NCBI RefSeq assembly: GCF_033153115.1
Contig: NW_026889803.1
Location: 61,008,001 to 61,072,000 of the forward strand
Length of the DNA stretch: 64,000 bases
Source of the DNA: Saccostrea echinata
Taxonomy: Eukaryota
Direction: 5' to 3'
The translations under genes and the position numbers were made by a program. The notes beneath the pieces were generated by a model. It was not told the DNA's origin. It saw nothing but the letters and a program-made list of their open reading frames with translations, and did not search any database. Shown piece after piece: positions 41,205-53,200 of the stretch (the first letter of the stretch is position 1; every line of letters begins with the position of its first letter).

Positions 41205-44200
41205 TCATGTGGTGTCTATCCGTATCATCCTTAACTTGTAATTGTCTGCCAGCACACATGCTGCCTCGTTGGATCCACCACAGTAATGAGAAGAAGAGAA
41301 CACAGTCATCAGTCTACCCTGCTGCTGAACCTTTTTCAGAAACAGAAATAAATGCTTATTAAACACTGGGTCCACCACAAAAATGTAATAAGGACATTGT
41401 GTTGTAACTGTACAATACAACTCGTAAGTTCATGTGTACAAAAATTAATGCATAGATCTTCCTCTGACTAACATAAGACGAATATGAACAAGGAATAAGT
41501 ATTTACCCAAACTTAAATAAACATTTTACTAACTTTGATGTAAAAATTAAAATTGCGACTTAGATAGATGTAACAGAATGAATAAAACTGGTAATTACAT
41601 TATCCATTTTATTTGGTACAAAGAATTTATATTATTACTTTGTGTACAGGAGCATCAACATTATTTTACTGAAATGTCCTCCTGTATATTTAAAAAAAAA
41701 ACTTTGAAACCTTACATTCCAAACCAAATGAACAAACAAAATTTATATCATATGCAACAATACAGATCATTTTTAAAATTCATAATAATTACAAATTTTG
41801 TCAGCAGTTTTCTAACAGGGCAACACTGTACCCTGTACATATATGTGTAAAATAATCCTTGCATACCTGAAAGCCATTTTCCTGCACCTCATGAGCTCTT
41901 ATAACATGAGACAAGCCATTTTTGTCCAAAAATGACATTAGAGCCTCACAGCTAAAGAAATATGCTGTTCCCCGCCTTGTGTTGTAAATAAATCCATTGT
42001 GCTCATTTAAATCCTTGATATTATCTGGAGTCATCAAATCCATGCTACAATGTACATGTACATGAAATATGAAATTGTTCTGCACTAAAAAATTTACACT
42101 TCAAATTATCAAAATTCAACTACAGCAAAATATGATTACCTGAAGTAAAACTCTGTGTACATATAGATGTCCATTATCTTAGACAAGATCTAACCCACTC
42201 TCTATCCCACTTACCTGACAGGGTCACTCCACATGATCTAATAGGTCCTCACCTGAAAGGGTCACTTCACATGATGTCTCAGGGCAGAGGATCTCAATCT
42301 CAACTCACCAGGCTTTGAATTCTCATTTTTAACTCACCAGACAGGGTCTTCCACACAATCTTCTATGCTAAGGATTCTCAATCTCAACTCACCTGACAGG
42401 GTCACTCCACATGAATCTTACAGGCCTGTGAACCCTATTCCACTCACTTGAATAGGTCATTCCACATGTTCTCCCAGCCAGTGGATTCTTACCTGACAGG
42501 GTCATTCCACATGATCTCCCAGCCAGTTGATTCTTACTCACCTGACAGGATCACTCCACATGATATCCCAGGCCAGTGGATTCTTACTCACCTAACAGTG
42601 TCACTCCAATGATCTCCCAGGCCAGTACAGTCTCACTCACCTGACTGGGTCACTCCACATGATCTCCCAGGCCAGGGGACTCTCTATTTCTGGATCCTTC
42701 AAAGGCACTGGAATCTTGTTTATGTTCTCAATATTAATGTCAGAACAGGGTATCCCTCCATGAACACAAAACACCTAGAGAAAACAGTAAGTCACCACTT
42801 AATGAACTATAATCATAGCTTACAACCAGAAATCCACTCTGAAAGCTGTAAATTTTCTTAAAATCTACCCAATGCTGATGACTAGGAAATGCACCAGTTG
42901 GTAAACATGGCAAATGATATACTGTAAGGGTTGAGGTTGGGGAAATTGATCAATACAATATGTACTGAAAATGTTTTAAAAAAATAAAAGAATAACAAAA
43001 ATGTGGAGGAATGTGGAAATTTATAAATAAAACAAAAAAAAAATCTCTTTAAAAATGTGTACTTATGTAGTACAAAGTGAAAGATGAGGACTCTGCTCTG
43101 AATCTTTTACAGCAGGTAAGATAATTAATTTTAAAAACTTAATTTACATGTACATGTGATCATCCTCACTTTGTACATTGTAATAGCAAAGTTTTCATCA
43201 GACCTTCACCTATCTTTGCTAATTATTCTTGTAAAGCTAGAAATCTATCCCATTATCAAGTCCACATCCAGCTGACATACAAGACCAAAGGACAAGATAG
43301 GCTAAGACCCCTTTTTGGCCCCTGGTTTGGGGTGTCTTTTAGAATGTTGCAACAGTTTATCAATTAAAAACCTGTTGTCACCTCTGCCACAAAATGAGTA
43401 TTGGTTCTAAGTTATGGGATACACAGAGGTCACAGGAAGGTCAGAAAATATGTCAATTTCCAAATTTTCTCATTTTTATGCAAATTTTTCTTGATTTAAC
43501 AGCAGATTTTGGTTCAGAAAACAAAGAGCACAAGCTTGCCTATCTGCCAAATTTATATATTTCATACACAAGTATCAGAAGCATCTTATATATAAAAATC
43601 TCAGATAGGCAAGCTTGTGCTCTATGTTTCTTGAAGTGAAAAGTTTCTCAAATTTGATGGAATTCGACCAGAATTGAGGAAATTCGGGAAAATGTCCTAC
43701 TTTTGCACCCTCTTGTGGCCTCCTTGTAAACTTTGAATCAAAATTAGTGCTGGTTTTAAAACAAGCATCATTTTAAGTTCTTAACTGCAAACTATCACAG
43801 TTTTAACTGTGTTCTGATTTTTACATCATATAAGGGGCCAGATTCAGCTGTTACCATACCTTGTCCTTTAGAATCAATATGTTTAATATGTTGCCAAAAT
43901 TTGGAGCATTATATGACAATAACACACGCATATATATATATATATAAAGATATGGCTAGATACATGGACAGATAGAGTGGTAACTGCAGAATATGAAATA
44001 TGTGTTCAATTACTAAGAATTTGAAACCCATTTCCAAAATATACTTTATCACAAAACTTAAATGTCTTAAGAATTAACCTTATCATCCACAGTAGCTGCT
44101 ATTGGCATGGCATCAAAACAGTCATTGACTGCCTCCCAGACCTGAAGTCCCACTGACTCCCCAAACTTCTGTATACACTCACTGTAATAGAGAATATTTA

Positions 44201-47200
44201 TACAATTATTGTAACCATGCGTATATACACTTGTAACCATGAGTAGATTTACATGTATACACTTGTGTAACAAAGAACAGATATAAACCCTCACTGTAAC
44301 AAAGATAAGATTTATACACTTGTTGTAACCATGAGTAAATTTACATGTATACACTTGTGTAACAAAGAACAGATATATATACACTAGATACACTCACTGT
44401 AAGCAAAACAGATCTATACACTCACTGTAATTTACAATGTTGATACGACTTGCACCCACTCAATAATACAGAACTCATTTATACACTCAATACAGATTTA
44501 TACACTCACTCTCAAACAAAACAGGACTAAACATTATGCCATATTTTAAGAGAAATATGACCTACATAGCTAGAACTCACTTTTTAAATGAGAACATTTC
44601 CTGTACAGATCTGAGTTCATGGTTTCCTCTCAAGAGATAAAATTTGTTCTGTGCAAGCATCTTTTGGGCAAACAAATAGGAAATTACCTAGGTAAAATAA
44701 AAGATGTCAGTGGTTATTACACAGAATTTTTGCTGTTATTATAAAGAAAACCAAGAGTTCTAGATATTGCCTTTAACATCATATCTTTCACCTTTGACCA
44801 ATACCTGAATCTGACTTTTCCCCCCCTATCAGGGCTATCAAAAGATTAGAAACAGACAGCACTTTTACAAAAATAGGAGGTATTGTTGAAGCAATTTTAA
44901 TTAAATATGTTATCAAATTTTTCTCCATCAAATATTTTGGCTGGTACAATCATGATTTCAGCTGGGTAAAAGTACTGGGTATTGGCAGATTTTGAAAGGC
45001 CTGCCCTATTAAAACTAATAACTATTAAATGAGACTATAAATGATGTTGATTACTGCATCTGACAGGTTTATCTCTAACCTCTACTCCATATTCCCCTCG
45101 ATCCACGTAGTCCCCCAAAAACAAGAAAGAGGCTGGTGTTAACAATGGTCCCATCCTCCATAATGCTTTCTCAAAACACACCAAATCCCTGTAGTTCCCA
45201 TGGATATCTCCTATAAACACAAGTATATGACATTTTAAATCTGCCTTCATTGTAATCTGGGAAATATGATGCAAATTAAGATTTATTCAAAAAAAAAAAA
45301 AAAGAAAAAAATTCATCTAGGCTATAAAAAAAGAAAAAAAGAAAGACAAATACGGTTTATAATCAGACACAGTTTATATCAGATGGATAAAATATTTATG
45401 GAAACCTTTCATTACATTCATCATATTATTTGTGTTAATGACTTGTTGCAAAACATAAATATTACTGTAAATATAGAAGTAAATTTTACCAAGAATGTAG
45501 ACCGGAGATTTAAGCTTTACTAATCGTGGTTCCAGACACAGTGAGTCCTTCAGTTCACGACACAAGGTCAGCAGACATTTAGCGAGAGCATTGGTGTCCA
45601 CCTGTCCCCAGTCAAATCCAGGCTGCACAAAAAACAAGACCAATCAATTTTATGTTTATGTACAAGAAAGATTACTTTTGAAATGTGTATCTAAAGGGAC
45701 AGTAAACAAGTTGATTATTATCTATTTATCACAACCTTTGCTGGCCCTCCATTATCTCCCTTGATCGCTCTCTCAAAATACCTCAGACCAGTCAACATTT
45801 CATTAGGGTGAGATCTCTGTTAAATAAATAGGCATATAAAGTATATGTAAATCATTCATTCATGAAATTTTTTTTTCTTCAGAACAGTATAGGACTTTAT
45901 GTTGCTGACTTAGAAGTTGCCTTAACAATGCTGTATAGGACTTTATATTGCTGACTTAGAAGTTGTCTTAGTAATCTCATATAGGACTTTATGTTGCTGA
46001 CTTAGAAGTTGCCTTAACAATCTCGTATAGGACTTTATGTTGCTGACTTAGAAGTTGGCTTAACAGTCTCTTTTGCACATTTTGCTTTAAGGTTTACTTT
46101 CCAAATTCATCTCCATTTTGAAATACACTTACTGCATTAAATGAGTCTATTGAAGGCATCCTCTGAAATCGTGAAATGTCTCCCTCTAGATGACAAGCTG
46201 CACTCTCAGTCACAGCTGGGGTTCCTGAAGAAGAAACACACATCAGAAAAAAATACAGTACTATTTTTTCAACTCACAGAATAATTCTGACTATGCATTA
46301 TACCTTGTAAATCCCAGAGTTTGATGACATCTGATAAGACCCCTGTCCGTCGTACTTTGACTGTGTGTGTGGCAAGTTCATATCTGATCTGGTGGTGGAA
46401 TCTCCCTGCAGATAATGGACGACCTTCAGGAAGCTTGAACACTTCCATTTCTGTATCTGTCAAAACATATTGATATAGACTAATCCGTTTAATAACAAAA
46501 GTTTACAACTCCTGTATGCATGTACATGATTGTTAACTCCAAGACTTCATGAAATCTTCAAGTTAGTAAAAAAAACATTTTGCTTTATAAGTAATTTTTA
46601 AAACTTCTTATAGTTTCAAGACTAGAAAAACATGTGCAGAGAAAACATATTTATCATGTTCTAACCATGCATGATTTTGCATAGATTATATAGGTAAACT
46701 ACTGTGTGTCCCTATTTACTCAGATGTGTCCCTATCTCTAATAATGGATGGACAACTTCATTGCTGATGGGAAGGGTTGAAGATTAAATCTGAGTCTATA
46801 TATATACAAGCAACACCGTATATTTTTGAGAGAAAAAAAGCCAATAAGTGGAATTACTATGGTGATTGATTTTTTTTTCTTTAAGTGTTTGGAAAGCTCA
46901 ATGCCCAATATAACACTCTGTCTTTGATCCTTAGCTCTCAGAAACACCACTTCTCAAAGCATAAATTATCTCCAGAATAGCAAGAGTTCTCTCAAACAGT
47001 ACTAAAAGAAGACAGTGGAAATTGTTTTTTTAGTTTTCTAGTCACTTGTTTTTAAACTGAGATTTACCTGTAGCATTTAATTTTCTTGGTGGGGATGATT
47101 TGACAGAATCCAGAAGTTTGGGACGACATCTTTTTAAAGGTGGTTCCATTGTCTCCCCAGTGTGATTTAAATGGTTCTCATTCCTACAATGATGTACTAA

Positions 47201-50200
47201 GATCAGTATCACTCTAAACTCCTTTGATGAAATCAAACACTAGTATATTGCATGAAATAAACTTAAACTCTGTAGATATCACATGGTACACCTTGTTACT
47301 TAATAGAGCAGAACTCTTTTTTTTATTTAGACACAACACTCATCCAGTAAGAGCTGAACAGGAATGACACCCTTAGTATACTGAACACATGTCCTTCAAA
47401 ATTTTAGCTATATTCTCAACTTTAACAATTACAATATATCACCTATCATTCATGTGTAGGGTAAAAGTCATTCCATAGAATTTCATTTATATACATCCCC
47501 CACCCCTCTCCTATACTCGCTTTTAGCTCACCTGAGCTGAAGGCTCAAGTGAACTTTTCTGAAATTTGTCAGTTCTCTGCTGTTCTAGTTGTCATTGTCA
47601 TTATTGTAAACTTTTTACAATTTCATCTTCTCCAGATCCACTGGGCCAATTTCAATCAAACTTGGCACAGAGTATTCTTGGGTGAAGGGGACTGGGGTTT
47701 GTTCAAATGAAGGGCAACACTGTCTTCCAGGGGGAGATAATGGAGAAATAATGAAAATCAGATGGGGTAATTTAAAAATCATCTTCTACAGATTTTATTC
47801 TACAGATTAAGTCAGTGTCACAGTCACACTTGACTGAAGTTATCTGAACTGTAGATCTACATTACTCATCCTTTAAGTCCTGTCAAACATGACTAGGGTA
47901 ATCTGAATTATAGTACAATACTCACCCTTTAAGTCCTGTCACACAGTCACACAGGACTGGGGTAATCTGAATAGTACAATACTCACCCTTTAAGTCCTGT
48001 CACACAGGACTGGGGTAATCTGAATAGTACAATACTCACCCTTTAAGTCCTGTCACACAGTCACACAGGACTGGGGTAATCTGAATAGTACAATACTCAC
48101 CCTTTAAGTCCTGTCACACAGGACTGGGGTAATCTGAATAATACAGATGTTCCTCTGAATTTTAGTTGTCCTACAGCTGTCAAAAATTCTCCTAGAGGGA
48201 GCTTGTTCTTCGTTTCATTTCCAAACAACCTATACATAGACAGATTTCACATCGCCATCATTAGAGTCAAGTTTGGGCAATTTCAACTGCATTTTTTAAA
48301 TGAGATATTATGGGCACACATTGAAACACTCACTTGGCACTTTTCTGAGCATCTTCATTAACTGCTTCTTCATCCAGAGATAATCCTTTGATTTTACGTA
48401 TGTCTCTAACCATACATCTTAGAAAAATAGAGGGTAACTACCTTAAACCATTTTCTATCTACAGTATATTATTTAGAGATTAGCTATGTTAAACAATTTA
48501 GAAAATAGTTAGGGCTATTCCAGGAAAAATTGTATGGGGGGGTTGGAAGGCACTTTTATTTTTACCCCACCACCCATACATTTTTAATTACCTTCTACCC
48601 CACCCCCCATCAATTTAAAATTGCTTTTGATACAACCACCCATCTAAATTTAAAAAAAAAAAAATTGTGTCACACATATATATGCAATAAAATTTTATGT
48701 ACTTTTTTCAGGTATTGTAATTTATCTGACTTCGAATGAGTGTTGGGTTTTGACATCTATCCAACCAGGGCCTGTTTTACAAAAGAACTTATGACTAAGA
48801 TCAAAATGTTATTATGCAAATAAATTTCTTTTTTGCATTACTTTAAAAATGTTTTAAATCTTTTTGAAAAAAAATAAGATGGTTTTATGCGAACAATTTT
48901 TAACAGAAACATAAGTTTTGTAAGATTTTATGAACAGCTAAAGTTTTTAGTCTTAGTAATAAGTTTTTTTGTAAAACAGTTCCCCATGTTCCTGCTACAG
49001 CTTAAAAAAATATGTTCCTTTAAGCCTATGATACACACCACTGAAAGCCTTTATTATAGTGATTTGTATATCTGTTCTGATGCACGACTTTGTAGTCTGT
49101 AAAGCTTAGGTAAAGCTTTTACAAGTATGTATACACATGTACTAGTAGAAATGACATTCTTACAATTAATTAAAATTAATATTGTAAATTATATCCTAGC
49201 TATCCTTAACAATTGTTGTTCACCTTGTTCATAACAAAATGATTCCTGCTTTTTTTTTTTTTTGGTGGTGGTGGTGGTGGGGGGGGGGGGGGGGGGGAGG
49301 GGGACTAAATTTCTGACTTCTGTAGGCAGTGTCTGTGAAGTGAAAACTTTGATTAAAAAAATATACTTAATGAATTCTAAATCCCATCTAACAACTTAGA
49401 CCATTGGTGCATACAAGTTCAACAAGTTAACACTTAACAGGTTAACATGGTTAAGGACTGGCATGTTTTTGACATATAAATATATTTCATATTGTTTTCA
49501 AACTCATATCTCATCTTCCTTTTACTCTGTATGTGGTATAAAGTAAAATATTTGACTTGCAAACTCCGTAGTCATGCTCTAAAACGTTCATTATCAGATA
49601 CGTTTTTTCTACTTTCGGTTTAAAAATAAAACGATCTTTCTGATTGTTTCTAATATAATTTAATTTACCAATGTAATCATGTTTGATTAAACTGGTGAAA
49701 AGAAACTGGATCAGGGAGTCCAAAGCACAACTAATCCGTTTTCCAATCCCCAACTGTCATTGCAGTCACAGTTGCACATGCTTTTATAGTTATCTGCCCT
49801 TGTTTCCGTTTTGTTCGATTCTACTTTCACTTTCAATGTAAACAACACTTTACAACTGTTTAGGACGAAAATATCAGTATTTACCGATTTATACAAAATG
49901 AGAGGAAAGAAGTACTTTGCACTTGATTATTTGTGAGGGTAAATACAACCACCCATCTAAAAATATATCGAGTGAGGACAACCACCCATACAAATTTAAT
50001 TGCTCCAGACCCACTACCCATACAAAAATATATGAAGTGCCGTCCAACCCTCCCGTACATTTTTTCCTGGAATAGCCCTTATGTTAAACAATTTAGAGAT
50101 TAGCCATTTCAATTTTCATTATATTTCATGTAAAGTATATATTTTTAGTGAACTTTGATAAGGTACATGTAGGAAAACATATGTACACAAGTTTGCTAGA

Positions 50201-53200
50201 CCAGATATACAGATATACACCAGGTATCTCCAATGAGACTGATGCTCAACTGGATTGTACTTATCATAGCGAAAACAAAGGCAACAATTGGACTGAAGAT
50301 GCATTTTTTTTTTTACAGAATCATGTGGTCTAATGTTTTTTGAATTTGTACAGAACTTTATTAAAATCCAAACTAAACTAGAAGAGGGGGCGTGCTTTAA
50401 AATATTAGATAAGTCCATCATTTACAATAAATTTTCATATTTTATTCCTGATTTACAATGCCAACACTTTCTACAATCAGTAAAAATTTCATAGATATAC
50501 ATGTACATGTGTGTGCACCTTGATGAAGTCTATTGAAAAATGTTTTGTTCAAATTAAAAGAAATGAAAAAGAAATACAAGGGAAGAAACATTATGAAATT
50601 ATTAAACACATTAACTTTTCTTTTATTAAAAAAAACAAGGCAAATTCATTCATTGATATTTTAAAAATCAACAGAATTTCCATTCTCATCTTAATATTGT
50701 CTACTTATGCCCCATTTTTTCCAAATTATTTGAACGACCATAATGACTATCAAGCAAAGGCTTTTCAAGATATTGGTTGGAATTTATTGGTCTACCAACC
50801 AGCCCTCAAACCAACTTTTGGAAAGCCACAATTCTTGAGACTTTGAAACCAATTTAGAAAATCATCAACATACTTAAATTCCTCAAATTGCAGGAAACCA
50901 TCTACGTTGTGATCATAAAACCTGAAGATATATCGACATCTCATTTCTGCTGGCATTCCACCATGTTGTGTAGAGGGTTCGAGGGCTGCCAGGCCAACTA
51001 GGACATCTTTAAACTGTAGAATCCTCTTCTTATGCATATCAAAAGACCTAAAATTAGCAATGAATTCTTAATGTTGTATCAAACATTGAAAAATTAACAG
51101 CTTGTCATGAAAGCAAAGTTAAACAATATTAAAAGAAGAAATTGTTTATTCTTGAAATTATATATAACTAAATGTATTGCAAAACATTATATAATATACT
51201 CCAAGTCATTTTTGTATTCATAGTTAAAAGGATTTAGAGCATCAAGTCTTGTGAATAAACAGTTTATATTGATAACTGATTTTTTTTTTTTTTTACCTAA
51301 ACAGGGCATATTCCTCTTATTCCCTAGAGCACAATGAATTACCTAAACAGGACACCTTCTTGGTCCCCATTTGCCTCTACACAGGGCATATACTTGATCC
51401 TCTTTTGCCCCTAAACAGGGCATCTACTTAATCCTCAATTGCCCCATAGTGTATGATTCTTACTTAAACAGAGTATCTAACTGATCCTCTTTCGCCCCTA
51501 AAGAGGGCGTTTACTTGATCCTTTTTTTGCCCCATTGTGTACAATGAATTAATGTATTGTTTTTTACCTAAACAGGGCATCCACTTGCTCTTCTTTTGCC
51601 CCTTTGTGTACAATGTACTCCTTGAATACAGTTTTGTTCATCATAGAACACGGTAGACACCAATCCATAAACTCTTGATACAGAAGGTCTTGCTCTTCAA
51701 AAAAAAAAAAAAAAAGAAAAAAAAAAGGAATTATTTTGACATTTCAACATACTTCACCTACTCCAGTAAATCATGGAGAGTTTTTCATCAGAAGTGATCA
51801 TTAGGGAATTTTGAGGTGTTAATTTTCACTGGGCTTCTTGCCAAGTTTTTATAAATTTCTTTTTGACTCATATTACAAACCTTTCTTGCCGAGTTTGGCC
51901 GACTTGACCACAGCCTCCTGAGCAGAAAGCTGTGACGTATCCTCTTTATCTGTGTCAATGTATTCTGCTCTCATTTCACTTAATACGTTCATTGTCAAAG
52001 ATGCTGAAAAAAAAATTAAAAGGGGAAATATTTTACCCATGTTATATCATCATACTACACTGACTTAATCATAGATTGTGTTTGCTGACAAGGTCATTGT
52101 TTCGGCCATAGAACTTTAAACAAGACTGTTGATATCCTTGTTTCATCAACTAAACAAGATCTCCCTGGTATCTGGTATAACTAACCATTATTGAGGTGTT
52201 AAGCCTATTGAAGATAGGTATAACTAACCATTATTGAGGTGTTAAGCCTATTGAGGATAGGTATAACTAACCATTATTGATGTGTTAAGCCTACTGATGA
52301 TAGGTTTAACTAACCATTATTGAGGTGTTTAGCCAGATTGATTGGCTCCAGTCCTAGGAGTCCTGGATCTGCATGAGTCTGTTGTTCCATCTCTTCCACA
52401 TTACACCAGACAGCATCATCACAACACTACATCAAAATCAAAGCTAGTAACGTGATCTCCTCCACAGTATACAAAAGGTGTCAACAAAAACCTGTAGCTT
52501 CTTTAGAAAATGTTTTTCAGATCCTTTAAAAATTTTTCTATAACTGCTTCTGATGATGACCATCTCTGGTCGAAACCAGTCAACAAAATAAATCTACTGC
52601 CGCATTCTCACAAAGTGTTTGTGATATATTTTGTCTTTAAATTTATATTATCTATGCAAATAATGCATTTTATATCAGAAAAAAATACAAACTTTATTCT
52701 TAAATGTTTCTTCATCCTCATGACTATGATAACTAATAATTCTGTAATCATTAATTTGTTTATTTTAATTTTAAAAGAGTATTGATATTTGCTCCTCTTT
52801 AAGAATGTACCTTATTTTTTTTTTTTAATATGCTATTAATTTTCACTTTGATCATGGTGATCATGGGAGGAGATTTATGTAGATACAAAGTTTAGGGCCA
52901 CAGGTTTTTAGATGCTTTGTTTACCGTGTCGCAGTCCTCTACAGGCTGAGTCAGGAAAACAATGTGTGTGGCAGTGGGACTGGAGGTGAAATGGTAGAAA
53001 ATCATCTTGATGATCCCTTTACATGGAGCTAGCTCCTGGCCAGTGACCTAACAATAAGGATATTGCAACAACTAAAATACACATATAGGATTCTACAATG
53101 ATCAAACATTTGGCAACTCCATCTTTAACATTCAAAAACATTAGCTATGTCTTGAATGATCTCAGGTTAATTTAGGGATGCACAATTTCATCGGTATACC

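Noticed and set aside
45887-46065. 43-bp array as another exon-junction duplication (also the 27-bp and 29-bp arrays in the ankyrin gene)
   Set aside because: Units show no match to adjacent exons or splice sites; ordinary intronic minisatellites.
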